A stretch of 64,000 nucleotides of DNA from Octopus vulgaris (GCA_951406725.2 OX597822.1:57970001-58034000), one strand, 5' to 3'. Counted from the first letter of the stretch, positions 26,647-39,920 are shown. Notes: generated by a model from the letters alone, not told the origin. Translations and numbers: made by a program.

Positions 26647-27402
26647 TATTTAAAAATGCTTGTACCACAATTCAATTTTAATGCATGTCTTCTACTATAA
26701 CATGAGGCTAATTAAATCCTTGTGAGTAGGATTTGGTAAGAGAAAACTAAAAGAAGCCTCTGGGCGGAGGCATGAGGAGAGGAGCTATAGTCCAGTAAAT
26801 CATGTAGGGTGTGGGTATGCTTGAATGAAAAGTGAGGTAGGTTAGAGAAGATATGGAAAGTAACAAGATCACCCAGGAGGAAGCAGAAAGTGTGTAAGAA
26901 CTTAGAGCAGAGAGGGAGAGTCAAGGGGTAGTGAATAAGGATGTGGTTGAAAGCAAGATAAGTGCAGGGGAAGAAGGCAGAAGTGCAGTCAACAAATCAA
27001 CCCTTAAGTAGGAGACTATTCACATAGAGGAATTGGGAATGAGGGATACTTGTTTAGTGTGAGCATGAAAGAAGAAAAGTCAAGGTAGGAGTAGAGATTA
27101 GCAAATGTATGTTCCTGCTCCTACCTTATGACAGAAAGTGGCTGTGGTAAGAAAGTGGTTGGTGGAGACTGATGTCTAGAGAAGTGGAAAGTTCTAAGAT
27201 AACAGTGGTGATGGATATTAACAAACAAAATGGAAGTTTTGAGTTGTTCACAGGAAAGATGACACTGATACAATCATCTGTATGATGATTGTATGGGTGT
27301 GTGATGCTGTGAGAAGTTTTGGGTCATGACCCTAACCCAGTTAATAGATTGGCATCCTTCAATGTGTTAGAGTGTATACATGTGTGTGTGTGTGTGTGTG
27401 TG

Positions 27403-27435
<33 letters not shown>

Positions 27436-27614
27436 CTCTACATAGGTGTAGGTATGGCAGTGTAGTTACAAAGTCTGCTTTCCAACTATATGGTTTGGGA
27501 TTAAATCCTGAAACCACATAATTGGTCAAGTACCTGCTACAAAAGATTATAGTTGACCTAGACCTTGTGATTAGATTTTGACATGTGTGTGCATTTTCCA
27601 GATTTTTTTTTGTT

Positions 27615-27765
27615 ATCATCCTGTTGTTTATGCATTGTCATTCTCTTGCACAGTGATAATCCAATTTGCCCAATATAGTTTTCCAAACATCTACTGCATG
27701 TAATGACAGAAATCAAATTTTGGGAGCTGCAAACGAAATTTTGCTTTAAAGATATAGTCATCCTT
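27615..27765 (-). mobile_element. Penelope-like element GIY-YIG endonuclease fragment
   Basis: FVCSSQNLISVITCSRCLENYIGQIGLSLCKRMTMHKQQ matches the PLE CCHH GIY-YIG pattern. Confidence 0.8.
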
Positions 27766-28049
27766 AAATCAAAAGCCTTCAGTTAGAATATAGACACATA
27801 TCACTGATCTTCCAAATTTGCAGCTAAATGTAGGAAATCAAACTGATGTACAATATAAAGAACGCTTTCATAAAATGATGGGCATTTCAGATACACTATA
27901 TGTACATGAATGTTCAAACACTGTTATATAAACAATACATTATTAACCTATGTATACATGGATGGATGTGTGACTATACACTCTTGTAAATAGAAAGTGT
28001 GTGTGTGTCTTTGTATGATTATTAAACCTTTCTATTTATTTGCATAAAT

Positions 28050-29078
28050 ATATAAAGCCCCCAGCCCATCAAGAATCACCGCAGAGATGCTCAAAATATT
28101 TGGTGGTGTCGGCTATAGCCTAGTCATCTGTATAGTGAACCAGGTGATACACGAAGAAGTCATACCTTGGAGTCATAATGATTGGTGTAGCAACACCATA
28201 GTCAACTGCTACAAAGGTAAAGGTGATGCTTTAGATACAAATAATAATTACAGAGGTATCAAGTTATTGGATCAGGTAATGATGGTCATAGCCCAACTAA
28301 TTAGGGAGAGAGTTCGTACAGTCCATAACTGCTGAGGACATGCGTAAGCTTGCAAGGAATGAAGCCAGTATGATCTGCTGGATGTATAATGTCAGTGTGC
28401 ATACACGACAGAGTGTAAGCTCCCTGAGAGAAAAGTTAGATTTAAGAAGCATTAGATATGGTGTGCAAGAGAGACGACTGCGCTGGTATGGTCATGTGTT
28501 GCGAATGAATGATGATAGCTGTGTCAAAAAGTGTCACACCCTAGCAGTTGAGGGAATTTGTGGAAGAGGTAGACCCAGGAAAACCCGGGATGAGGTGGTG
28601 AAGCACAACCGTCGAACATTGGGCCTTACTGAGGCAATGACTAGTGACCGAGACCTTTGGAGATATGCTATGCTTGAGAAGACTTGACAAGCCAAGTGAG
28701 ACCATGGCCTGTGCCAGTGGGTGTAGCCAGCCCAATTTATGAATACCCCTCATTCATTGGACAATAAACTTTGCTTGCGAAGACCTATTGACACAAATAA
28801 AATAAAAATTGCCGATGTGGCCGATGACAGTACTGCCTGATTGGCACTCGTGCCAGTGGAACGTGAAAAGTGCATCAGAGTGTGATTGTTGCTAGGACCA
28901 CGGATTGGTTCCTGTGCTGGTGGCATGTGAAAAGCACCATGTGAAAAACAACATTCGAGTGTGGTCGTTGCCAATGCCACCAGACTAGCTCTCATGCAAG
29001 TAGCAGATAAAAAAACACCTGTCCAACCCATGCCAGCATGGAAAGTGTATGTTAAACGATGATAATGATAATGATGAT
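28050..29078 (+). mobile_element. Internally deleted RTE LINE
   Basis: ORF 28087-28335 (N-terminal RT) is joined directly to the C-terminal ORF 28340-28687, followed by the 3' UTR and tail. Confidence 0.9.
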
Positions 29079-30180
29079 ATAACACACGCACACCAAATCC
29101 ATTTACAACACTTTGATCAGTGCAGCACTATAGTAGAAGACACTTGCCCCAGGTAATATGCAGTGAGTCTGAACCCAAGACACCTGGTTAGGAAGTGTGG
29201 TTATCAACCACACCTGTGCTTGTGTATGTGTATACATACACACACACACACATGGTATGAAGTTCACAAAGTAGTAGAGCATTACATCAGTTAAGTGAAG
29301 ATATTTTAATAAGAACCATACGAAAAAAATCTTGTGAAAATCAATTATTCAGGTTTCCTGACCAGAATATTAAATTTATTTCCCAATCTATAAGCTGGTA
29401 ATATCAATAAATAAATTTATTAACCACACTTGAGGTTAGCAAGGTTTAAATGAGCACTTTGGACAACTGTCTACTACTAGTGCCTGAGACTGACCAATGT
29501 CTGGTAAATGAATTTGGTAGATGAAAGCTGTGTGGAAGCCTGTTGTGTGATTGTTTATATATGAGAGAGAGAGGGGGGAGAGAGAGAAAGAGAAGGTTTA
29601 AAATATTCCCCATGAGTCAAGAGATGTGGAAAAATTAGAAAATGCGTTTTTCCTTTTACATTGCAATAAATTAATTCTAAAGCATATTATTATAACTAGA
29701 AAACTAGTTCGCTAAGAAGATCTCTATTAGAGATGGAAGCAGTATTTATGCTAAGAAGAAATGTTTATTACCACTTGGACGTGGGTGTTCTGTAAGAACA
29801 GACAATTCTGCTATTTTACTCATGATGGATGCTTCCTCCAACTAGCCAGTCAGTGTGCTTTGCACTCGATATATATTGCAAACAGAGATCACCAGATCAT
29901 GTGATTTTGATCTTGTTAGATCATATTCAGTGATGGATACTCATCTGATAGACAGAGCAGTAATCTAACCCAGCTTGCAATATATAGAAAAAACAGTATC
30001 ACACAGTGACTGGTTTTGCAACAAGCAAACTTGTCTGTTAAGAAAATCTCTATTAGAGATTTATACTAAAAAGTAATGTTCATTGCCACTTAAACATAAT
30101 TGGTCAAGTACCTGCTACAAAAGATTATAGTTGACCTAGACCTTGTGAGTAGATTTTGACGTGTGTGCATTTTCCAGATT

Positions 30181-31370
30181 TAGTAACGTACAGGGATCTT
30201 TTCCTTTTGATGGACGGAATTCAACACAATTTCTAGTTAACTAAACAATTTGAAACTTTGTATACTGGTAGAATGTGTCAAAATAAACATTATTTTCACT
30301 TGGCTTTTTTGAGAAAATTGTAATTTATAAGTTTAACGTAGTTTAATTCTTTGAATTTTAACCAATGAATTGCCAGCATTTGAGCTCAAATCATTTGCTG
30401 CGTCTAAAAACTCAGACAACATCCTGTTGCAACGTAAACAGCACATACACACACACACGTGTTATACATCCTTCTCTCTTCTGTCTGTCTCGCTCATCGA
30501 TATTGATAAACAAAGGAGGCATGTGCTAGAAATAACAGCCATATCTCTTAAATCGATGAATTTCGTTGCCCAATAAAAATATTGACGATATTTTTTTAAT
30601 ATTTTCTTTATTTTTTTTTACCGAAAAGGCTTCTCCCATGGTTTTGAAGGGCCAAAAACAACAAAAACAAAATAATAATATGCCTAAATCAGTCTAGAGT
30701 GGGATATGAGGGTGCGCGTGGAGTGTGGGTCGTATTGTAAAAATTTGCGAAATATTTTTTCATAAAAGGATGCCCCAGCTTGTCGGAGGCTGTGATATAA
30801 ATTGGGAAAAAAATCCTTAATACCAGTGCGTAATTGGTACTTAATTTATCGACCCTGAAACGATGAAACATTGATCCAATTCTACCGACACCAGTGTGAA
30901 CTCACGAACATGTATGTGTGCTTGTGTGCGTATGTGTGTGTATGTATATCTCCGTTTGTATGTGTGTACGCTTATATATTAATTACTATGTGCTTGTGCA
31001 AAATGTATATGCATGTGTGGGAGAGAGAGAGAGAGAGTGACAGAGAGTGTGTGTGTGTGTGTGCAAGTGTACGTGTGTATGTATCTGAATATATGTGTGT
31101 GTGTGTATGCGGCATGTGTCTCCTCGTTTGTTTATCAATATCGATAACGCAGCAAATGATTTGAGCTCAAATGCTGGCAATTCATTGGTTAAAATTCGAA
31201 GAATTAAACTACGTTAAACTTACAAATTACAATTTTCTCAAAAAAGCCAAATGCAAATACTGTTTTCTTTTGACACATTCTACCAGTATACAAAGTTTCA
31301 AATTGTTTAGTTAACTAGAAATTGTGTTGAATTCCGTCCATCAAAAGGAAAAGATCCCTGTACATTACTA
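30181..31370. mobile_element. Non-autonomous DNA transposon with long (about 220 bp) terminal inverted repeats
   Basis: TAGTAACGTACAGGGATCTTTTCC...TGAGCTCAAATCATTTGCTGCG (30181-30402) is mirrored at 31148-31370; no coding capacity. Confidence 0.88.
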
Positions 31371-33771
31371 CAATCAATTTTTTTTTAAAGATGACAGTTT
31401 CCAATGTACATTCAAATAATTTCTAAATATCTTATTAAACTTTTATAATTTCGAACCGGTTTCACTTCTTACACAAGATATTCATTGCAATATATATAAT
31501 GCCTTGCTACTAGCCTTCTTCTACTATTTAGTGTGTCTAAGGCTAGTAGCAAGCTACCACCAGATGTTGCAATGAACATCTTCAAGAAGAGCTGTAAGAC
31601 ACTTGCCTGAGGCAATGGGCAGTATGACTGAAGCCAAAACTACACTGTTACGAAGCAAACTTCTTAAGCACACAACTTGCCTATAAATTATGTATGCATG
31701 TATGTACAGATAGATAAAAACATAAGTATGTATATGCAACTATATATTCATACCCATGGCATCATGGAAAGCAGATGTGTGTGTGTGTGTGTATCAATAT
31801 ATGCACACACATTTGTATGTAAACATATACACACACACACACACGATTATCTCACTTGTAACAGCTGCAACTTTGAGGGGAATGTGTGTGTTTGAAAAAC
31901 TCCTAGCTATGATTTCATGAAAATGCATTTTTACAATTTAAACTGTTGAAGATGATTGACTGATATGTTTTTATGAAGAGACACTTGTTCCACTTCACAT
32001 GAGAGGGATTACCACTAAGAAATAATAGCTTCAAAGGAATGTCTACATTTCAAAGAATCTATTGGAAAACAGCCTGTAAAGCTGTTTGTAGCTAACACTG
32101 AAATTAATGGCTACTATAAAATTTTTACAAGATAGAATTCCCTGGAAACCGTTATTACTTTGTATGTAAACACTAAAAGCTTTCTATTCTTTCGGTTTCT
32201 ATTTCACATATTGTAAGAAGAAAAATAAAACATTCAATGTAATTCCTCTAGACTGTAATTATTTCAACCATTTGTGAAATGTCTCACTTCATAAAATATT
32301 CCATTAATAAGTCACAGGTTATGTCATATTGAGAATTTCTGAAGAATGAAATAGTCCAGTACATGATTACTAATGATTAAAAATTTTTTAAACTTTGTAT
32401 TAAATAAACATAAGAAATTAAATATCTGAATTCTATGTACCTTTTCTTTATTATTCCTTAATTACAATTTCAAATCATAATCCTGCTTCCTATAGTAGCA
32501 AAATCATTATCTCCCTTCTAATAGTTGTAACTGTTAGGGGTTGCGTACATACATATATCATAAGTATATAGATTTACATATACACTTGGAAATACAAATA
32601 TATGCATATATATACACATATGTTTATAGGTAGTGATGGTATGGTCTCTACATTATAAGTTTTTTTTTTATATTATTAAGTGATGGTTTCCATTAATTTA
32701 TTAGCATAATTTCATATATCTATTGTAAAGATGCATCATACAAATGTAGCTAATGGATCTTTATGCTTATGCTATTCAGTATGCCATCATATTTAGGTTT
32801 CTTATCACAATATGTTTTAATGTACTTCCATTCTCCCTGATATACTCCTGGCAGTCTCCCCAATAATATGCAGTTGTTGTACCATCCCAAACAAAAGTAA
32901 CACAGCTGGATGATATACACACCAATCAAACAGACAAAAGCACTAATGAAAAAAATAAAGATATAAAGAAATGTTTTACCATCCACACTTTTCACAAATT
33001 CCACACCAATGCACACATGCACATACGTCTAACAAATTTATTCACAGAATGAAACTATGCCATTCAAATGCACATCAGCACATGCTCATATATCCACACC
33101 CTCTCACATCCATACAACTACATAAATACAGAACCTAAAAACTAAAAGATAGACAACCCTGAAGCTGACCTGGAGTAGAGAGATCACGTTACTAATGAAA
33201 TTGCAAATGCCAGTGAAAAGAATTTGGCAAACATAACTAAATAATTAATCAAAGAACTGATTAGTTAATTAGCTAAACAGTTAATCAATTGACAAATAAT
33301 AAAGAAATGAAATAGATCTCAGTGTGTGTGTTTATTATAGCATAATGACCCTCCCAAGGAACATCTGTTTCAACTCACAAGTTCGCATCAAGAAACTTGA
33401 AAACAAGTACATAGACAATATATCATCCTCATTTAACATCTGCTTTCCATGCTGGCATGTGTTGGACAGTTTAACAGGAGCTGGCCAGGCATAAGACTGC
33501 ACCGGGTTTCAGTGTCCTTTTTGGCATGGTTTTTACAGCCGGATGTCCTTCCTAACAGAGTGGACTGAATGCTTTCTACATGGCACCAGCACAAGCAAGG
33601 TCAGTTTTGGAATGGTTTTTACAGCTGGATACCCTTCCAAATGCCAACCACTTTACAATGTAGACTGGATGTGTTTTACACACACATATATACTTATATA
33701 CATATATTTACACACAGACACATTTATACATGCTCACTCATATATACACATATACATACCAATATAAAGTA

Positions 33772-35003
33772 CTAGCAGTATTGCCCGGCTTTGCCGAACA
33801 TTCTGCAGTCCGAGACTGCCCTTCGCTCCCAGAAATTGACTGTTTTAATTTTCTTGTTTTCTGGAGCTGATGACGAGTCAGATGTAACATAGGTCGACGT
33901 TTTTTTGGCATTAGTATGATAAGCAGAACAGCGAATATGAATGGAACTATTCCATAAAAAAGATTGAAAAAGGGTTTTAGTTTACTTACAAAAAATAGTC
34001 GATAGTTTAGTCAATTAAAATTACATTTTTGTAAAATAAAATGGAAGCAAAAATTTGTTACAACTCACAAGTAACTGATCTCGCTGAACTCGTAGCACAC
34101 TACGTCATACGTAAGCAAAGCAATGCAAATGATTTTTGCACGTGTGACTATTAATCTGAGGAAAATCAATTAATCTGCGAGTGTAAAATCAATACTTTCT
34201 TGCACAATGTACATACGTGTGCTCGTGCGTTCTATGCACACGCGAATTAAGCTAAACTTGGATGAAGTTCAATCAAAATTCAATTATTTTGGTTTTAAAA
34301 TCAAGCATTTAATGCCCTCTATTTTTGCGCTTATGTGTTCCATTTCCTCAATAGGAAAGTACGTAGAAGCGTTTCATAAATTTTTGTTGATCAAATAATT
34401 GCATTGTTGAATTATTCTTTTAGATCAGTATTTCTCAACGGGGATTTCAGGGGAGAGTTTCAGAGAGTAGCTGGCGATGTAATGTGATGATCAAAAATCT
34501 GGCCTGCTAAAATTTGGTTAAAGTGATTCAAACTGCAGACTCAACACAAAATGGTCAAATTTAATTCAAAGCATTAAAAATGTTATGAAAACAATTGGTA
34601 TGTGTTCACTAAGTCCAAACGATTAACACGAAAAAACCCTCCAGGCTACATCCTGAAAATTCATTTCTTTGCTGAATTTCTACAATGTTTACGGCGATTC
34701 ATTTTTATTTTTCATGCAATTTACGCATGCTTGCACGCGTGGTGAACACAGTTCACGTCAAACAGCTGACTGAGTAAAGTTCACTATTCAATGCATGGGA
34801 TAAGGCCTAAACAAACACATTATCGATTTTTGCACTTGCGAGATGAATTTCGTAACAGAAATAGCACAGTTCAATTTTCATTCGCCTAAACTTTAAGTGA
34901 CCCATTTTTGGTGGTTCTACGATTTGTTGTCTAGGAGAAGATGTGCCGGGAAGTTAAACACACAGACACACAAGTTGAGTTTTATATATATATATATATA
35001 TAT
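33772..35003 (-). mobile_element. Non-autonomous Helitron (CpG-rich, young)
   Basis: Minus strand starts TATATATAAAACTCAACTTG and ends CGGCAAAGCCGGGCAATACTGCTAG|T. Confidence 0.75.
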
Positions 35004-35707
35004 AAAGATACACTAAATGCCCTGAACCTGTCACTCTACTATCAATTTGTATTCTTAGTATCTTGTATTTCTATCTTCATACCTGTCAGATGAGATTGCA
35101 TTGTATCAGTCCAGGGGTTAGCATCTCTTATGATAAAAGGCAGATTTTTCTCTGCCTCTGACTACGTTTGTTTTTAATACAATTGTACAATATAGAATTT
35201 CTTCAATTGGAATTTACCTATGATTTTTCGAAGTAGATTCCATTGGGTCATGGCATATACATTTTTTCAATTTCACCCCCAATTAAGCAAAAATTCGAGA
35301 AAACTCAACATTTTACAATTTGCCTCTCATTTCAAATGCTTTACTCCTGCTATTACCACACTTTCTCCTACTTTCTCTTTGCAAGTGTATACCACTATTA
35401 TATCCTCTTTCTGCAACTCTTATTCAACATCACACATTCTGCTACTTCCTCTTACTAATGCTTAAACCAATCCTCAAAAAAAAAAAAAACAGATCTGTCG
35501 CTAACTTTTGGTAGTATTCATTGGCGAGCGTACTTCAGTTGTCAATTGTTGAAAGAAAGAAATTGTAAGCTAAGAAGGTGTGTGTGTGTGTGTAGGAAGT
35601 GAAGGATAAAAATATGGTAAGAAGTGGACAGATGTACATATATACATACATCCATACGTGTGCGTGTGTGTGTGTGAGTATGTATGTGTATTAATGTGTG
35701 TGTGTTA

Positions 35708-36026
35708 TCTCTCTCTATATAAAGCTGAAGTTGTCTGTCTGCGGCAGGTTTGGTAGCCTTCAACTAACACTATCTCCTCCAAGACCATGCAGCGCAAGTT
35801 GACCAAAATTGAGAGTATGATAGAAGAAGGGTTGCTTTTTTTCTATGAAAATCCCTATTTTTTACCATTTTTTCACTGCTGTGTCGCCACTTTTCGGTGT
35901 ATTTCAACCAGAAAAATGTTCACTTGAAGCGAATAACAAGCTACATAATGCAAAATTTCTACTTTTCAAAAATTCCAATTCCAGCAGGTTGAAACAAACC
36001 TGAGCAACGCCGGGCGATACTGCTAG
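35708..36026 (+). mobile_element. Non-autonomous Helitron
   Basis: A|TC..TATATAAAGCTGAAG start; hairpin and CTAG|T end. Confidence 0.75.
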
Positions 36027-36947
36027 TATTAACTAAAAATTTCTTTTTAGCTAACCATCATTTTCTTTCCTTCCAATACTTCCTACTGTATCACTCACTG
36101 ACATCCTTCTTCTCTAATACTCCCTGCCCTATCATTCATTTTGATATCCACCACTCTCTTCAAATTTACTACCTTAGCATGTACTCTTTTCCCATTACTC
36201 CACACATGCCATTTCCAATCTCATTACCCCACAACCATCAAACATGCAGTTCCCTTGTTTTAGTCCCCCCCACCACTCTTTCTTAAACCTATCAGGGATG
36301 AGAATATTCTATTACTGGTAAACAAACAGAGACAATAAATGATAAAGAGGACACTATTTTTGTGAGGTAAGAGGCTTATCAACTCATGTTTGTTCAGCAA
36401 TAACATGCAAGTAGTATACTCCTCTAAAGCTGCTGGTAATAGGAAGGGCATTCAACTGTAGAAAACATTAAAAATGAGACAGAGAAGCAAGACATGGTCC
36501 TCAATAATCAATCTATTTTGTCAGTACCTCTGCTCATTCAGCTATACAATATATGCCAGCATGAAAAAACTAACATGGACAATTATATATATTATATATA
36601 TCTATAAATGCCGGTGGCACGTAAAAAGCACCCACTACACTCATGGGGTGGTTGGCATTAGGAAGGGCTTCCAGCCGTAGAAACATTGCCAGATCAGACT
36701 GGGCCTGATGCAGCCTTCTGGCTTCCCTGACCCCAGTTGCACCGTCCAACCCATGCCAGCATGGAAAACGGACGCTAAACGATGATGATGATACATATAA
36801 ATTTGACATGGGCGATTCTTTCTTTTCTTGGGATTCACGGTCAAATGGCAGAGTAGAATTGTGCGAAAAATTACACGGATGTGTAGAATGATCCGTTGGT
36901 GATGCTGGGCTTTGTATTTTTTCATAGCTCCCATGGTTCCAAGATAA

Positions 36948-37367
36948 TCTACTATAATAATACTCGTGTTTATGAATGAGAAAAAAAGGGGTGATAGATG
37001 ACTAAGGAAGGAAGGGGTGATGTCATACTTGGTAGTGGGATGCTGAAAATTGTACGCTGATAATAATAAATCAAACAGCATTTCAACTGTGTGAATATAT
37101 GTGTATGTAAAGGGGGTGTATGTGAATATGCGTGTGTATGCATACACAATGGAAATGGGATGGTTCATCTTTGGGTTTATTTTTTGATTTGGTTGAATCA
37201 TGATTGTATTTTTTTTGTTGGTCAGTTATTTTTAGCGTTTTGACAGAAAAAAGTAATTCTAAAATTGCTTTTTAACATAAGCATGTCCAAACAAGTCGAA
37301 TGCTTACACAGAGCAGGTTTTACAACCACATCCAAACTGACCAGGTGAAACTGGGCTTAGCTGCTAC
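36948..37367 (+). mobile_element. Non-autonomous Helitron whose 3' end seeds the adjacent tandem array
   Basis: A|TCTACTATAATAATA start; CCAGGTGAAACTGG hairpin followed by CTAC (CTAG in array copies 2, 5 and 6). Confidence 0.65.
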
Positions 37368-38629
37368 TATATATATAACATTTTTTCAAATATACTTGGT
37401 GCAGTCACAATATTTAAAGAAAGATTTTTTAAACGTTAAGTATTTAGCCTGTGGAGGCGCGGGGCTTAGTGGTTAGGGTGTCAGCATCATGATCATAAGA
37501 TTGTGGTTTAAACAAGTCGAATGCTTACACAGAGCAGGTTTTACAACCACATCATCCAAACTGACCAGGTGAAACTGGGCTTAGCTGCTAGTATATATAT
37601 AACATTTTTGCAAATATACTTGATGCAGTCACAATATTTAAAGAAAGATTTTTTAAACGTTAAGTATTTAGCCTGTGGAGGCGCGGGGCTTAGTGGTTAG
37701 GGTGTCAGCATCATGATCGTAAGATTGTGGTTTAAACAAGTCGAATGCTTACACAGAGCAGGTTTTACAACCACATCATCCAAACTGACCAGGTGAAACT
37801 GGGCTTAGCTGCTACTATATATATAACATTTTTGCAAATATACTTGATGCAGTCACAATATTTAAAGAAAGATTTTTTAAACGTTAAGTATTTAGCCTGT
37901 GGAGGCTCGTGGCTTAGTGGTTAGGGTGTCAGCATCATGATCGTAAGATTGTGGTTTAAACAAGTCGAATGCTTACACAGAGCAGGTTTTACAACCACAT
38001 CATCCAAACTGACCAGGTGAAACTGGGCTTAGCTGCTACTATATATATAACATTTTTGCAAATATACTTGATGCAGTCACAATATTTAAAGAAAGATTTT
38101 TTAAATGTTAAGTATTTAGCCTGTGGAGGCGCGGGGCTTAGTGGTTAGGGTGTCAGCATCATGATCGTAAGATTGTGGTTTAAACAAGTCGAATGCTTAT
38201 ACAGAGCAGGTTTTACAACCACATCATCCAGACTGACCAGGTGAAACTGGGCTTAGCTGCTAGTATATATATAACATTTTTGCAAATATACTTGATGCAG
38301 TCACAATATTTAAAGAAAGATTTTTTAAACGTTAAGTATTTAGCCTGTGGAGGCTCGTGGCTTAGTGGTTAGGGTGTCAGCATCATGATTGTAAGATTGT
38401 GGTTTAAACAAGTCGAATGCTTATACAGAGCAGGTTTTACAACCACATCATCCAAACTGACCAGGTGAAACTAGGCTTAGCTGCTAGTATATATATAACA
38501 TTTTTGCAAATATACTTGATGCAGTCACAATATTTAAAGAAAGATTTTTTAAACGTTAAGTATTTAGCCTGTGGAGGCGCGTGGCTTAGTGGTTAGGGTG
38601 TCAGCATCATGATCGTAAGATTGTGGTTT
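37289..38629 (+). repeat. Tandem array, 6 x 224 bp (first unit 221 bp)
   Basis: Units start AAACAAGTCGAATGC at 37289, 37510, 37734, 37958, 38182 and 38406, and are nearly identical. Confidence 0.97.
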
Positions 38630-38830
38630 CGATTCCTAGACTGGGCAACACGTTGTGTTCTTGAGCAAAACACTTCATTTCACGTTGCTCCAGTCCACTC
38701 AGCTGGCAAAAATGAGTAACGCTGCGATAGACTGGCATCCTGTCCAGCTGCGGAATACATACACCACTGAAACTGGGAAACCGGGCCCATGAGCCTGGCT
38801 AGGCTTTAAAAGGACGCATTTATTTATTTA
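38573..38830 (+). mobile_element. tRNA-derived SINE, complete copy at the array end
   Basis: A box TGGCTTAGTGG, B box GGTTTCGATTCC, CORE-like TTGTGTTCTTGAGCAAAACACTT, (TTTA)n tail. Confidence 0.8.
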
Positions 38831-39532
38831 TAAGTATTTAACCCTTTAGCATTTATACTGGTCATATCCAGCCCAAATATTCTACCTGTTTTATGGTCAG
38901 ATCGGCCAGATCTGGCCTCTCAAATCTACCCAACAATATCATTCTAAAAATAAGAAATCAGATCATCAAAAAATCAAAACTTCAGGATAATGCAAGATTA
39001 TCTTTGTTTTTCTGTAGCTACTTCTCAACATCATTGTTGAAAATACAGTCAAAGCATTACAGTTAACAGAATAATCTGAATGCCTAAGGACTCAAAAAAT
39101 ATTTGAAAAATAGACTGACACAAATCTTTAGGAAAGAAGTTTTTGTATTGTCAGCAAGCTCTTTCATTGTTCAACAAAAACATTTATGCTCAATATGAAA
39201 AGATGTTTCCAGTTCATGCCACAGAGTCTTTCAAAAAATGTTTAAATAACTTTTAAGAAAATCTTTTACATAAACGCATATCAATTTACATATTTTTGAA
39301 AGGATTTAATGGGTGATTTTTAGCATGGTTTCTATGAATAGATACTCTTCTTAAAAGCAACTCCTTTAGAATGCACTGGATGCAATTTTTTGTGGCACCA
39401 GCACTCTAGAGATTGCCTTACCCTCAGCAACACTAAAGTGCACTATCAAGCTCTACATTGTTGCCTCTTCATGTATATATACATGTGTGTGTGTGTGTGT
39501 GTGCAAGCATGTGTGTGCAGATGAACATGTCT

Positions 39533-39920
39533 AGGGTATTCTTTGAACGGCAGTTTTTAACATAATTTCTAGGTAACTAAAAAATTTTAAACTTCGTATA
39601 CTGGTAGAATGTGTTTATAAAACATCTTTTTCTCTTGGCTTTATTGAGAAAATTCTATAGTTTGTAAGATATTTGTTGTTTATTTTTCTTCAATTTCTGC
39701 AATTTCAACCAATTACGTCTATTGAGTTAAAAACATTATGTGCCGTATGAATATGTCCCTTGTTTAAGAAACAGATTGGGTTTATTTACATTTGTGAAGA
39801 AAAAAAAAATACCCTTCGCCCCACCCCTAACTAACCCTAACCCTAAAACAGATTGAAATGCAATAGATCGATTTCATATGACACCGCTAGAAAAAACTGC
39901 CGTTCAAACCGAAAAGATCC
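39533..39920. mobile_element. MITE related to 30181-31370, with internal (CCCTAA)-like repeats
   Basis: TTTGAACGGCAGTTTTT / AAAAACTGCCGTTCAAA inverted ends; shares TATACTGGTAGAATGTGT with the 30181 element; CCCTAACTAACCCTAACCCTAA at 39825-39846. Confidence 0.75.

Noticed and set aside
36641-37201. 186-aa ORF
   Set aside because: It spans an RTE tail and a Helitron in antisense, so it is a chance composite frame.
37289-38629. Regular repeat array as a CRISPR locus
   Set aside because: The units are entirely repeated with no unique spacers, there are no cas genes, and the context is eukaryotic.
38573-38645. Functional tRNA gene
   Set aside because: A and B boxes are present, but there is no acceptor stem and the sequence runs into a SINE body.
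39825-39846. CCCTAA repeats as an interstitial telomere or fusion site
   Set aside because: Only three to four units, lying inside a MITE.
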